A stretch of DNA of 64,000 nt from Octopus sinensis (GCF_006345805.1 NC_043018.1:24924001-24988000); one strand, 5' to 3'. Counted from the first letter of the stretch, positions 1 to 14,107 are shown. Program-made: numbers and translations. Notes: a model not told the origin generated them from the sequence alone.

Positions 1-59
1 ACCATACATTTTATCCTAGAAATACAACACCTAAGTATAAACACACACACACACGTGCA

Positions 60-640
60 CTCATGTGTACATACATAACTATTAATTTGTGTATGTGTAT
101 ATATATAAATATATATGTACGCACATACAAACACATGCCTATAAATATACACAAACATATATGTATATATATATATACATATATATACATATATGTATAT
201 ATATATATACATATATATACATATATGTATATATATATATATATATATGTACATATAAATATACACATATATATTTATATACATATATATACATATATGT
301 ACATATGTATATATGCATTTGCATATACACCCCTCCCTGTATATATGTACATGTGTACACACGTGCATATTCATCAATTTATATGTATATACATGCATAC
401 TGACACACACATAATTATAAACACACACACACATATATATATGTACATATATATATACACACAAACACATACATATATATGCATGCATATATATACATAC
501 GCACACCCATATATATATACATGCACATACTACACATGATACTCACACATATACATATACACAATCCCTTATATATATGCACACACACACACCACACACA
601 CACACACAAACACATACATTATACACACACTCACACACAC
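60..640. repeat. (TA)n/(CA)n microsatellite mosaic
   Basis: Seen directly. Similar tracts lie at about 16870-17600, 19190-19540, 21140-21530, 22980-23260, 25140-25500, 54030-54660 and 58400-58630. Confidence 0.95.
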
Positions 641-2247
641 ATGTAGGTATAAATAATGCAAAAAAAGAGAGATGATGATGATGATGATGATGATGACGGT
701 GGCATAGAAGAACCAAAATAATCTCTCTCCTGCTCTTTTGCCATAACCCTAAAACCGATTCCAATATGCCAAAGTTGGAAATATTGCCAACATTTTTGGC
801 TCATCTCAGCACCAAATAAGGGGATTATATCACACACACACACACACACAATTAAAAGGGCAGTTTCATCCCTTCTTGGGCCCCTTCACCTACCCCTGCC
901 TCCTGCTTAGTCTTCTGCATTCTTCGAGGTATTTGGAAGGAAAGGACAAACCTTTCCTGGCCAGAAGTATTTGGTGTTGCTAATGAGAGGTCAAGCTCTC
1001 CTCCAGCTCCCAATAACACCACCACCATTACCATCATTAATACCAACATCATCACTACCACTACAAACACCACCACTCACTCACACCACCAATACTGCTA
1101 CTACCATTGTTACCACCACCACTGTTATCACCATCACCACCAACACCACCACTATCATCATATTCCTCATCACTATTAACACCACATGGATATTATTAAT
1201 CACACTGCTCCAATCTCTGTGTCTACCACCACCACTATCATCACCTTATTGATATCATTAATCACACCACCCCAATCTCTATGGCTACCACCACCACACC
1301 ACCACCACCACCACCAACCCAACTACCAGACCACCCTTTTTCCATTCTGAGTTCAAATCTTAGTAAGGCCAACTTAACCTTTCATCCATCTGGCCAGGTG
1401 GTTTTCATGGTGGTGGTGGGAGAATTGATAGAATCGGGTACCAGTCATGTACTGGGGGTTAATATAATTGATACACTCTGCTCCTCCAGCCTCTTCTCCC
1501 TGTGCTAGAGAAATGATTGTATGCTTTTCAGTTGTTTCTGTCATTGAACCGTGGCCATACTAGGGCATTACATTGAAAAGTTTTAGTTGAACAAATCAAC
1601 CCCCAAGGACAAATATTTTAAAGCCGGGTACTCATTCTATCAATCTCTTTTGCTGAGCTGCAAAGTCATGGGGTATGTGAGTAATTTAAAAATACCTTAC
1701 AGAATGACTGTGCCCTGTATAATTAGGGGTTGCCCTTTGACAAAGCACAGCACCCATTCAACTACCCTGCCAGAGATACAACGAAGTCATTGGCACTACA
1801 GTTTGGCAGATTGTGAAGAGGCAGTAGAAGAGCTCCTCTGAGTCAACGGTGCTTCTTACATTGATGCTGAGAGGAAGAATTTTGGAAGAGCAATGGTGAG
1901 GATCACCAAGCTCTATCAAGAGAGTAACTGCAATGCATCCATTGGGGGTGGTGGCCATGGTTGTGTAATCAGCTGATGAAAGACTTGTTATAATTCAAGC
2001 TCCCAATTCAAATTCATTGTAGTGGAACTGATTGGTGAGAGAGAGTCATGGGAACCCATGAAAGCATGGTAGGCTGCACCAAACTCCAGTTTGATTTGGC
2101 ATGGTTTTCCATGGCTGGATGACCTTCCTAATGCCAACCACTCCAAGAGTGTGTAATGGGTGCTTTTGCTCAGCTTGATGGGTTTTCTTCTCAAGCACGA
2201 CATAATGCCAAAGGTCTTGGTCATTGCCTCAAAGGCACTCAGCCACT

Positions 2248-2690
2248 GGAGACTGTCAGAATGATGGGGATGCCTCTGATGAGAACCCAATAAGGTTCAA
2301 AAATTGATTAAGGTTGTTCATCATTTTCTTCAGTCTGCTGAGAAATGGCTAAAATTTGCCCCGTTCATAATTATCCCCTATGTTACATATATATTATATC
2401 ATACCTTGATACTGTGTATATTAAGATCCCCACTGACAGGTCACTGGTATTTATAGAGTGTTAAACATTTACAGTATGCAAATTAGGGACTCCTTCATAG
2501 AGTAACTGCTGCATTTGTTGAGTATATAAACAGTTTGGCTGATTGTTTCTCTGGAGGCTGTCAAAATGATGAGAACCCAAAAAGGTTTGAAAACCAATTA
2601 AGGTTGTTCATTACTTTTTTCCAGTCTGCAGAGAAATGGCTAAAATTTGCACTGTTAATAATTATACAATATGTTGTAATAATTATACAG
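2248..2690 (+). repeat. Direct repeat, about 305-bp unit (1.45 copies)
   Basis: ggag.ctgtca.aatgatg...gagaaatggctaaaatttgc at 2248 and 2553. Copy 2 has a 15-bp deletion. Confidence 0.9.
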
Positions 2691-3249
2691 TATGTTAGAG
2701 ACGCCATGATAGATCGTTAGCCACTACACACATTTTTCTCTCCTATTCTGTAGAAAAGCGTAGGCTTGAAACGTAAAAGACTTTTTCTATTCCTGAGCGT
2801 TATACTAATACATCTGTTTGTTTTGTACACCACCTGTCTTCGTCTTTTGTTTTTTTCATAAACTCTTCCCATACAATATGTTACATATATATGATAGGCT
2901 TCTTTCAGTTTCCATCTACCAAATCCACTCAAAGTTTGGTTGGCTCAAGGCTATAGTAGAAAATTCCTGCCCAACCTGTTATGTGGCTGGACTGAACCTG
3001 GGACCATGTGGAAGGAAAGCAAACTTCGTGCCATATAACCATACCAACACACACAATCACACAGACTGACACACAGACAGATAGATTGATATGATCGCTT
3101 CTACAAGTTTTCTGTTAAGTTCACAGACGAGGGATTGGTCAGCCCAGGGCTATAGTGGAAGATATTTGCCCAAAGTGCTGTGCAGTGGGACTGAGCTTGA
3201 TATGATGTGGTCGCAAAAGTGAAAAAAAACAGATCTTATATCAGTCTCT

Positions 3250-3641
3250 TTACTCTTTTAACTCTTTTACTTGTTTCAGTCATTTGACTGCAGCCATGCT
3301 GGAGCACCGCCTTTAGTCAAGCAAATCGACCCCAGGACTTATTCTTTGTAAGCCCAGTACTTATTCTATCGGTCTCTTTTGCCGAACCACTAAGTGACAT
3401 GGACGTAAACACACCAGCATCGGTTGTCAAGCAATGTAGGGGGACAAACACAGACACACAAACACACACATACATATATACGACAGGCTTCTTTCAGTTT
3501 CCGTCTACCAAATCCACTCACAAGGCATTGGTCGGCCCGGGGCTATAGCAGAAGACACTTGCCCAAGATGCCACACAGTGGGATTGAACCCAGAACCATG
3601 TGGTTGGTTAGCAAGCTACTTACCACACAGCCACTCCTGCG
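3250..3641 (-). mobile_element. tRNA-head SINE family B, full length
   Basis: Head gcaggagtggctgtgtggtaag...ggttc(a)atccc, an internal (TA)/(TG) tract, and a tail ...cagtcaaatgactgaaacaagtaaaagag(taaaagag). More than 25 related copies occur in the window. Confidence 0.85.
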
Positions 3642-4951
3642 TCTGGTACTTATTTTGATCGAACTCTGTTTGTTGAACTGCTAAGTTATGGTTTCTTTCA
3701 TGACTGGATACACTGGTTTACACCAGTATAGCCGTAAACACAGGCAGGGATGCAGACACAAACGTTTGTTCCCATCAGTCTTCACATCATCACTGCTGGG
3801 GCAGCGGCAGTATTCATCATCATCATCACCAACACTATCATCATCATTCTATCATCACCACCACTACCGTTACCATTATCATCATTATCATCATCATAAA
3901 CATTATAACCATCATCATCATCACCACCAACACCATCATCATCATTAGCCTCTTCATCATCATTATCTTCTTCATCCTTGGCAACATCATCACCACCACC
4001 ATCATCATCATCAATACATCATCTTCATTAACATCCTCATCATGTATTTAAATGTAAGTCAATGAGATGTATATATATGAATGTATGTGTGTGTGTTTAT
4101 GTGTGTGTGTGTGTGTGTCGGCTCTTGTATATACATGAATGTAAATGACGTGTGTGGGGGGAGGGCGAATATGTCTCTTCCATGTAATTGTATGTGAATG
4201 TGTAAATGTGTGTATGGGTATATATATGTGTGTGTGTGTGTATGTATATATATGTATAATGCATATGTACATATGCATGTGTATATGCTCATCTGCATAT
4301 GTGAATGTGTGTACGTGTATGTGTGTGTGTGTGTGTGTGTTGATGCAAGACTGGTCATCCTATTCCTTAGGATATCATCCATGACTGTAACAAGTATGGG
4401 GAGGTGTGGGGTATGGCAATGAAGAGGCAAGAGGGTTTTAGAAGGGGCTTGACCAGGTCCCAGGTAATTAGGTGAATGGATGGGAAGGTGAAGATGAGGG
4501 TAAGAGTGACGGTGGGGGGGAGAAAAGGGGATGGAGATGAGTAGTGTGGGAGAAGAATAGTGGTGGGAGGACGAATTTGTGATAGAAGAGGGAGGGAGGA
4601 AACGATAGAAAGATGAGAGTGGGAGGCAGCCGTAGAGAAAGGAAGGTGGTGGTGGTGGGGGTGGGCGGGGAGGGACAAGAATAGTCAAAGGAAAGGTGTA
4701 GGGAGAGGAGAGGCAGTACTAATACAACAGCTGATCACCAATTCTATATTAATGAGGAAAAGACAAAAACATGGTAATGGTGGTGGTGGAGGTGGAGATA
4801 ATGGGAGTGATGGTGGTGTAGTGACAATAGTGGTGGTGGTGGTAGTGAAGACAGTGATGGTGATGATGTGGTGGTGGTGTTGATCATGGCAATGATGTTG
4901 ACGGTAGTGGTGGTGACAGCAATATTAATTTGGTAACACTAATGCTGGTGA

Positions 4952-5029
<78 letters not shown>

Positions 5030-6019
5030 TAGCAGCAGCAGTAGTAGTAATACTATTATTATTCATCAGATGACATACCCCCTTAATATTAGCTTCCAGT
5101 TTTCTGCATTGTGAGTTCAAATCTCACCAAAGTCAAAATTACTTTTCATTCTTTCAGACAACTTCTAGGACCAATATAATAATTTGAAACCATTATTATT
5201 ATTATTATTATTAAGACAGATACATTCCTTTTTGGTAGCACTCTCATTGACTTCAAGTTTCACTCGAAAAGGAAATTGAGAGTGGAGTGGGAAGTGCTGT
5301 CCTCAAGTGAGCACCTCTCTAAGTGTAGACCTGTAAGTCAGAGAGAAAGAATTGGAGAGGGCACTTGCTCCTGGAGTTTCAGGGAAATCTCGGACAGTGG
5401 GGTTCCTAGATTATCCCTAGAACCCTTCATGTATCAGGAGGGCCACATCTCTATCATCCTCCCTACCAATTTTATGCTATGCATATGTCCCTTCTTTTTC
5501 ATTGTATACTCTGTATTCTTTCTTCCTTTCTTTCACTTTTTTTTAATCATTTCATTATATGTAAACCCCTACACTTTATGCCTGTCATTGTATTGTTCCC
5601 CTCATCCTTTGCCCTTGTGGCAAATAAATGAAATCATCATTATTATTAATGTAGTGAACCAGCAGAATCATTAGCAGCCAGGCAAAATGCTTAGCGGAAT
5701 TTCGTCAGTCTTTATGTTCTGAGTTCAAATTCTGCTGGGGTCAACTTAAGCTTTCATCCTTTCAGGGTCAATAAATAAGTACCAGTTGAATACTGTCTTT
5801 TCCTACTGGAGCGGCCCAATATCTCCTCTATAGTAAGACACAAATCTCTATTCCTCAATTATACTTTAACTGCTCAACCAACACAAAGCTATTTCCACCA
5901 GTACCACTTCCTCTCCCAGCCAAGGCATCTTTGTCATGCAAGTTACTTAGCAACCCGGCTGGTGCTGGTGCCACATAAAAAGCACCTGATACACTCTGTA
6001 AAGTGTGTAGTGAAAGTGC

Positions 6020-6350
6020 ATAGTTCAGTGGTTAGGGCATCAGGTTCACAATCATGAGATAGTGAGTTCAATTCTTGGACCAGGCTGTGTGTTGTGTTCT
6101 TGAGCAAGACACTTTATTTCACATTGCTCCAGTTCACTCAGCTGTAGAAATGAGTTGCAACATCACTGGTGCCAAGTTTTGTCAGCCTTGGCCTTTCTCT
6201 TGGATAACATCGGTGGCTTGGAGAGGGGAGGCTGGTATGCATGGGCGACTGCTGGTCTTCCATAAACAACCTTGCCTGGATTTGTAACTCGAAGGGCAAC
6301 TTTCTAGGTGCAATCCCATGGTCATTCATGACCAAAGGGGGTCTTTACCT
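6020..6350 (+). mobile_element. tRNA-head SINE family D
   Basis: gtggttagggcatc...gagttcaattc...ttgagcaagacactttatttcac...ggtcattcatgaccaaaggggg. Other copies lie at 12600-12895(-), 23925-24435(-) and 45500-45710(-). Confidence 0.8.
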
Positions 6351-6683
6351 TTAACACTCTGTAAAGTGGTTGGCATTAGGAGGAGCACCCAGCCACAGGC
6401 ACTGTGCCAAAGCAGACAACAGAACATGATGCAAATCTCTGGTTTGCCAGCTCCAGTCAAACCATCCGACCCATGCCAGCATGGAAGACAGATGTTAAAC
6501 GAAGTTTTAGTATGAGGAAAACTTCAATTCCTTCTACCAATCCAGGAACTTGGATGCGCTATAAAAGAGCAAAAGGTATTTCTGCTGCCATTCCTATAGT
6601 GACTAACCTGTTACAAAAAATCCACTCTGCTTATCCATAAGAGGGGCCACAAGCACTGCACTTCCTTCTGTGACTAAGTCATT

Positions 6684-6725
<42 letters not shown>

Positions 6726-7569
6726 GTCACTCTATACATCCAAAAATCAATTCATTTATTTGTTTATTTTGCTCTAGTGACACCCCCCCCCCACACACAC
6801 ACACGGTTGCGAGGGTGGATTGAGAGAGATTAAGGTCAGAAGTTCACCACTGAAAGCTCTGTTTGATCCACTGAGATATTGATCGACTTCTGCCTGACAG
6901 ACAGACAGAAACTAGACCCATGACCATACAAAGGAATGGCTAGAAATAACAGTCAAATTACATTTAAATCCTCCTCTCCCTTCTCATCATCATCATCATC
7001 ATCAGTATCATCACTAGTTGTAGCAGCAGCTACAATAACAACAAGGGGAGGCAGCTGTTTATATTGGTTTGACTTGCTAGAAATCATTCCTAAAGTTACA
7101 TGTTATCATCTTAAAAAATGATGGCCATACATAGTCCTAGATATACAAAAAGACAAGGAAGTCATGGCTGGAATGCTTTTAAGTTATGTCATTACTCTGA
7201 TCAGGGACTGACCTGGATACAAACAACCAGAAGAATCTCATTCTTTACCAAGAAAGCCTGCACAAGGCTACTTTAGTTGCTAGAAATAGTAGCAGCTAAA
7301 CTGCCTTCAAGATACACCTTGCTACTTTAAAAAATGAATACAATGGGTAATGTGAACCAAGGTAGACTATTCCTGAAACAAACGAACATGACTGTTGTGA
7401 CTAGAATACCTTTGATCGTAATTCTGCCTGATCAGGACTGACCTAGGGTTAAACAACGACACAGACATTAACTACACTTCTATAAGATTATGATAATTAA
7501 AGTATGAGTAATCACATCCATATCAATATGCAAATTTGCTGATACACACACATGCATTTAAGCATCTTG

Positions 7570-7990
7570 AGTGTCTTTCGGAAATCCTATTAATGATCTG
7601 AATGTTATCAAATAGATAGGGATTCCTCGGAGCAGAGTCTGCATCTCCTGGAAAGGACATTATATGATTGTCCATGCCTTATTATGGACCAATTAATATC
7701 ATATTCAATTTTATCTTCCTTAAGTTGCCACACAAAATTAGCCAAAGATGTTGAATGCCTCTTGTTGATTTTCTTGAAGCTGACGACACGATTGCAATGA
7801 CGATTCTTGAATGAATCAGCTGTTGCTCCAATGTAAACATACAATCCTCCCCTTGCGTGTACGGTACATTTATATACAAGATTTATACTCATACAGAGGT
7901 CCATCAATGGGCATTCTGATTTCTCTCTGCATGAGCATTTATTAGTTTTAGTTGCATAAGTGGCAGTTCTGACTTCATTTTCACACAAAT
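7570..7990 (-). mobile_element. Penelope-like element relic, C-terminal GIY-YIG endonuclease
   Basis: ORF 7608-7988 contains CSCREKSECPL...LVYKC...VYIGAT...FKNRH...STSLANFVWQLK...WSII...CRLC. This is the Cys-rich linker plus GIY-YIG pattern typical of PLE ORF C-termini. It is truncated on both sides. Confidence 0.85.
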
Positions 7991-8039
7991 GAACTTAAAG
8001 GATATACAAATATGTATAATAATAATAATAATAATAATA

Positions 8040-8524
8040 ATAATCCTTTCTACTACAAGGCTTGAAATTTGTGGGGAGGGGTCTAGTCGATTACGTCAAC
8101 CCTGGTGTTTCACTGGTTCTTAATTTATTGACTCTGAAAAGATGAAAGGCAAAGTCAACCTTGGTAGAATTTGAACTCAGAATGCAGTGACAGACCAAAA
8201 ACCACAAAGCATTTTGCCCGGTGTGCTAACGATTCTGCCAGCTTGCCATCTTAATAATAATGATAATGATGATAATAATAATAATAATAATATAATAATC
8301 CTTTCTATTATAGGCACAAGGCCTAAAATTTGCAGGGAGGGGTAAGTTGATTACATCGACTCCAGTGTGTAACTGGTACTTATTTAATTGACCTCGAAAT
8401 GATGAAAGGCAAAGTCGATCTCGGCAGAGCTTGAACTCAGAATGAAGCAACAGGTGAAATACCACGAAGCATTTCATCCAGCGTGCTAACAATTCTGCCA
8501 GCTTGCCACCTTATTAATAATGAT

Positions 8525-8568
<44 letters not shown>

Positions 8569-8810
8569 ATTAATAATTTGGTCTGGGGGTGGGTGGAATT
8601 TTGGCACTAGGCCAGCAATTTTGGTGGGAAGCAGAGAGTTGATTCCATCAAATCCCCCCACCCCCACCCCAGTGTTCGACTTGTACTTCATTCGATCAAC
8701 CCTGAAGGGATAAAAAAAAAAAGACAAAGCCAACTTTGGTAGGATTTGAACTCAGAACATAAAGAGCTAGAAGAAAATGCTGCTACGCATTTTTGTCCAA
8801 CATGTTAATA
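8040..8810 (-). mobile_element. Chain of three SINE family A copies separated by (TAA)n
   Basis: Consensus ggcgagctggcagaat(c/t)gttagc...ctgagttcaaatt...gtcgactttgcctttcatcctttc...taagtaccag, repeated at about 8040-8250, 8300-8515 and 8580-8810. Confidence 0.85.
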
Positions 8811-9197
8811 ATTAATTGATTGCGGTTAAGTAATTATGTGAGCATGTGTAATTAATGTAACTTGTGTAAGTCAATGAGAGGTAATGTATTACAGATGTGT
8901 GCTTGTGATGTGTTATTATGAACACATACAACAGTTACTAATTGGAAAAGGTTTAATTAAGAATGTATGATTAATACACACACACATGCACATACATACA
9001 CATATGCATGCATACATACACATACATTGCACATACACACACATATACACATACATACACACATGTATGCACACATACACGTGCCCATGAATACATACAC
9101 ACACACATATACACATACATACACACATGTCTGCACACATACACGTGCCCATGAATACACACACATACACACACACACGTATACATACATATACATA

Positions 9198-9593
9198 TAG
9201 GTGTAGGAGTGGCGGAGTGGTAAGTAGCTTGCTTACCAACCACATGGTTCCGGGTTCAGTCCCACTGCGTGGTACCTTGGGCAAGTGTCTTCTACTATAG
9301 CCTCGGGCTGACCAAAGCCGTGTGAGTGGATTTGGTGGACGAAAACTGAAAGAAGCCCGTCGTATATATGTATATATATGTGTGCGTGTATGTTTGTGTT
9401 TGTCCCCCTAGCATTGCTTGACAACCAATGCTGGTGTGTTTATGTCCCCGTAACTTAGCGGTTTGGCAAAAGAGACCGATAGAATAAGTATTGGGCTTAC
9501 AAAGAATAAGTCCTGGGGTTGATTTGCTCGACTAAAGGTAGTGCTCCAGCATGGCCACAGTCACATGACTGAAACAAGTAAAAGAGAAAGAGA
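9198..9593 (+). mobile_element. SINE family B, full length
   Basis: Same head, body and tail as 3250-3641, in opposite orientation. Confidence 0.85.
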
Positions 9594-9939
9594 GTATACA
9601 CACGCATACACACATCTTTATCAACGTGCAAGTTAAAAAAAAAATTACGAAAGGTCTAATCTTTTATCTGGCATGTTTTACTTATTTTAGTCATTTGACT
9701 GTGGCCATGCTGGGGCAACACTTTCAAGGGTTTTAGTCGAACAGATCGACCCACCCCACCCCTTCTTGGTACTTATACTTTTTTGTTTTTTCTTTAATAT
9801 CTGGTACATATTCTATCTGTCATTATGGGAGCCTGCAGGACGTAAACAAACCAACACTGGATGCCAAGTGATGGAGAGGGGTGAGCACAAAGACACATAC
9901 ACATGCATTTGCACACACACACAAACACACACATACACA

Positions 9940-9990
<51 letters not shown>

Positions 9991-10008
9991 ACACACACAC
10001 ACACACAG

Positions 10009-10049
<41 letters not shown>

Positions 10050-10794
10050 GCTTCTATGCAATTTCTATCTACAGAATCCACTCGAAAGGCTGTGGTTGGC
10101 CCAAAGGCTAGAGTAGAAGATACCCAAAGTGGTGTGCAGAGGGACTGAACCTGCAACCATGTGATTGCAAAGCAAGCTTCTTAACTACACAGCAATATGC
10201 GTTACATTCCATTTTTAAAGAGAAACCACTCTTCAAGAATTGTGTTCCTACTTTCCAGAGAAGACCCTGTTTTTGGACAATATTTTAATCATGCTCTCGC
10301 CTGAAACATCATAATCCCTCCCGATTCATGTTACAACGACCTAATACATTCTAGCAATGTTAGTTGAGTAATAATACTCCACCACCAGCACCCCGTCCAC
10401 CCCCATTTAGTTAACTGAATTTCTAAATGTCAGAGATTAGTCGTTTAATAAGATTAACGATCCTCCGTCTACTGACCTCATCTGTAGAGTGCAAATTTAC
10501 AATATCATCATTTTAACATCCATTTCGCAATGCTAGCATGGGTTAGATGTAATCCCTGTCACTACTAAACACACACATACGCATACACATACGCATACAC
10601 ATATGCATGCACACGCATGCACATACACATAAATAAATTCCAAAGTTAAAAGAGAACGTACTTCGCTTAATCCATATTAAACAGGAATATTCCTTAACTA
10701 TTTAGCATTTAAACTGACCACATCAGGCCCTAATATTCTACTTGAATGGTGAAACTGGCCAGATCCTGCCCTGTAAAATGCACTCTTTGAACAT

Positions 10795-11150
10795 TGGGCC
10801 TCACTGAGGCAGTGACAAGTGACCGAGCTCCTTGGCAATATACTGTGCTTGAAAAGATCTGTCAAGCCAAGTGGGATCGTAGTTGTGGCCGGTGCTGGGG
10901 TTTCATAACTGGCACCCATACTGGTGGCACGTAAAAGGCACCCACTACACTCTCGGAGTGGTTGGCATCAGGAAGGGCATCCAGCTGGAGAAACCAGGCC
11001 AAATTAGACTGGAGCCTGGTGCAGCCTTCCAGCTTGCCAGCCCTAGTCAAACAGTCTAACCCATGCCAACAGGGAAAGCGAACGTTAAATGATGATGGTG
11101 ATGATGATGATAATGATGATTATAACGATGATGATGATGATGATGATGAA
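10795..11150 (+). mobile_element. RTE-like 3' end with (GAT)n tail
   Basis: gtggcacgtaaaaggcaccc...ggaagggcatccagctg...aacccatgcc...cgttaaatgatgatg. Related copies lie at about 2040-2260(-), 5930-6010 and 6350-6510(+), 13900-14070(-), 17945-18250(-), 40490-40850, 41120-41310, 44760-44945, 58635-58740, 62020-62180 and 63430-63590(+). Confidence 0.75.
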
Positions 11151-12496
11151 ACAATCATATTATCGGAATCTCGAAGGTACAAGATAATGCATGATTAATT
11201 GAAATCAATGTTTGTGTATAAGCATTTACATTTGACAGAGTAATTCTAAACCATAAAACAATCCCTCCTCCTTATCCTCTGCCACTGCAGCGGCAGTCAT
11301 AATGAAATATGCTAGAAATAGTAACAAAATAGGACCTCAAACCAAGCACACTATACTATCTGAAGGAAAAGAAATAAAAAGGTTACACAAGACATTGGCG
11401 TGTGGGTTAAGTTTGCTTTCCAACCATGAGGTTTCCCGTTCAGTCCCACAGGCCAATTCTTTGTGAGTGAATTTGATACATGGAAACTGTGTGGAAGCCT
11501 TTTTTGTATTATATAATATATACATATGGAAAATAAAAAAGTGGAGAGGATGTGGAGAGGATACGAAATGGACAGACATCAGCCAGTAAACATTCCAGTA
11601 TGTCCAAGTACTAGATTGTATTAGATGAATACATAAGTACATAGACATTTATTAGTAATACAGCATATCTAATACAAAGAATTGGTAATTGCAAGAACAA
11701 GGGTGTGGAAGCATATAATCATATAGGAACAGGTGCTTGAATGAGTACATGAGCAAATAAGCAGATTGTCAGTAGGTGCGAGTTCCTTACAGCCGTTTCT
11801 GCCAAGAGGCAACAAAATCTTCCAGGTTGTCTCCATCTCTTCAGTGTTATGTAGGGATGAGCAGGTATGGCTTGGATAAGGAATGTGCCTCTAGGCTTCT
11901 TCAGAGGGTCTAGGTAGTTGGGAGGGCTAAGACATATAAAAAACAGTCAATAATAGCTACAATGTGTTTGTCTTTTTAAAAAAGAGCAGAAAGAGAATAG
12001 GAGTAAGAAATAAGAACGAAAATGAGGATGTGAGTGAAGTACATCTTAGTATAATGATTTGGGTATAGCAAGAGGAAATAAGATACTAGCACATGGGTAT
12101 GAAAAATTAGGTACACTACCAGCAGTATATTGGATAGGTGCTATACCTTAGTTGGTTTCTCAACCTCTAACTCACACAGAAATATATATATATATATGCA
12201 TATACATATAGAGGGTGCGTGAAAATTCACACATAAAATCTGTTCAATGTGCTCCAGAATTGTTAAAGACAGAACCCCAGGTCAACCAAGTAATTGTGAG
12301 TGAATTTGGTACAGGGAAACAGTGTGCAAGCCTGTTGTGTTTGTGTGTGTGAGCGTATGTGTATATATATATATATATAATATATATATATATATAAAGT
12401 TAATCCAAACATGAAAACACAAAGAGAAAACATAACACGAGGACGTGGAACAAATATAGTATTATTGGATGCTCAGGAAGGAAGGGAAGAAGGAGG

Positions 12497-12531
12497 GTTT
12501 AACGTTTCGAGCGGAGCTCTTTGTCAGAAAC
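12497..12531 (-). ncRNA. Minimal hammerhead motif, decayed (core G8A)
   Basis: GUUU-CUGACAA-a-GAG cuccg CUC-GAAAC-GUU-AAAC. A second, more decayed copy lies at 15201-15235 (+). Confidence 0.55.
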
Positions 12532-14107
12532 ATAGAAAAAGGAAAGATCCAGAGAAGGGAAGACAGAGGAAAAAAATCGCCAATGGTACACACGCGGTAA
12601 AGACCCCCTTTGGTTGTGAATGAACATGGGATTGCACCTAGAAAGTTCCCTTCCAAGGCACAAGTCTGAACAAGGTTGTTTATGGAAGACCAGCAGTCGC
12701 CCATGCATACCAGCCTCTCCTCTCCATGTCACCGATGTTATCCAAGGGAAAGGCAAAGGTTGATACAGCTTGGCACCAGTGATATTGCAATTCATTTCTA
12801 CAGCTGAGTGAACTGGAGTGAACTGGAGTAATAAATAAATCAAACTCACTACCTCATGATTGTGAGTCCAACACTCCAGCCACTGAGCCAGGTAATATAT
12901 ATATATACATATATACCAGGTCAAATGTCACACACAAAATAAGTCCAATCCTCTCCAGAATTGTCAACGACATGCTTTAATTTCCCTAAATTGAATAAAA
13001 TAAACAAAGAGGAATACACACACTTGTACACAGTGAACAAAATAAATAATAAGAACATAATATAAATAAAATATCAAATGTTTTGGCCCACCCTGTATAT
13101 ATATATATTGTGTGTGTGTGTGTGTGTTTATGCACTTAAGTGCTGGCGTTGGTTTGTTTACACCCCTGTAAGTAAGTGGTCTGGCAAATAGATTGGTAGA
13201 CTAGGTATCTGGCTTAAAAAATAAGTACTGGAGTTGATTCATTCAACTAAAAAGACCTTTCGAGGAGATGCCCCAGCATGGACGCAATCCAATGACTGAA
13301 AGAAGTAAATAAAACAACAACAATAACAACAAAAACGCAATAAAAGATAATAGGATGGTCGATGTAATCTAGAATATATGATTTTTGAAAACACAGCAGG
13401 AAGGTCATGGATAGACTGGCTCTGCTCAATCATGGCTGCTTGGAGGTTTGAATAACAAGAACAATAATTAAAATATAATTACAACAACAAAAAGAAAAAT
13501 GAAGAAATAACAACTACAAAAAAATAAAAGGAAATGGATTTTTTTTCAAAACTTTTTACACATTTTTTCTTATTTTTTCTGTAGAAATGGTCTTACATTG
13601 TTCTTAACAGCAAAAAATACAACTCTAGTATTCTAGTATTTACCATTGTTCTTAAAAGGATAGAACCCAATACTTTTCTGTTTACCATTCTTCGTAACAG
13701 CAAGAACCCAATACTTTTCCATTTACCATTGTTTAGAGGAAATTTTCACACAGTGCTTCCCTCTCAGACATATTTAGATGGACTTTTGACATTTATACTT
13801 GCTGTGCATTTTCATACGTTTTGTCTACAATACATATGTGTGTATGCATGAGTGATGATGGGTACGCACACGTGCATGTATGCGTGTTTGTGTGTGTGTG
13901 TGTATCATCATCATCAGCATCCTTTAACATCAGTTTTCCATGCTGGCATGGGTTGGATGGTTTGACCAGAGCTGACAAGGTGAGCTGCGCCAGGTTCCAG
14001 TCTGATTTGGCTTGGTTTCTACACCTGGATGCCCTTCCTAGTGCCAACCACTTTACAGTGTGTGCTGGGTGCAGTGCTGATTAACCGTTATGCAAAATAA
14101 GCACATG

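Noticed and set aside
5276-5674. 132-aa plus-strand ORF
   Set aside because: It has no recognisable domain and its 3' half is T-rich low complexity; it is probably decayed retroelement sequence.
6592-6609. Minus-strand RLVTIG resembling cN-II RLVSIG
   Set aside because: There are in-frame stops a few codons upstream and downstream, and the flanking residues (GYP, YKSP) do not match.
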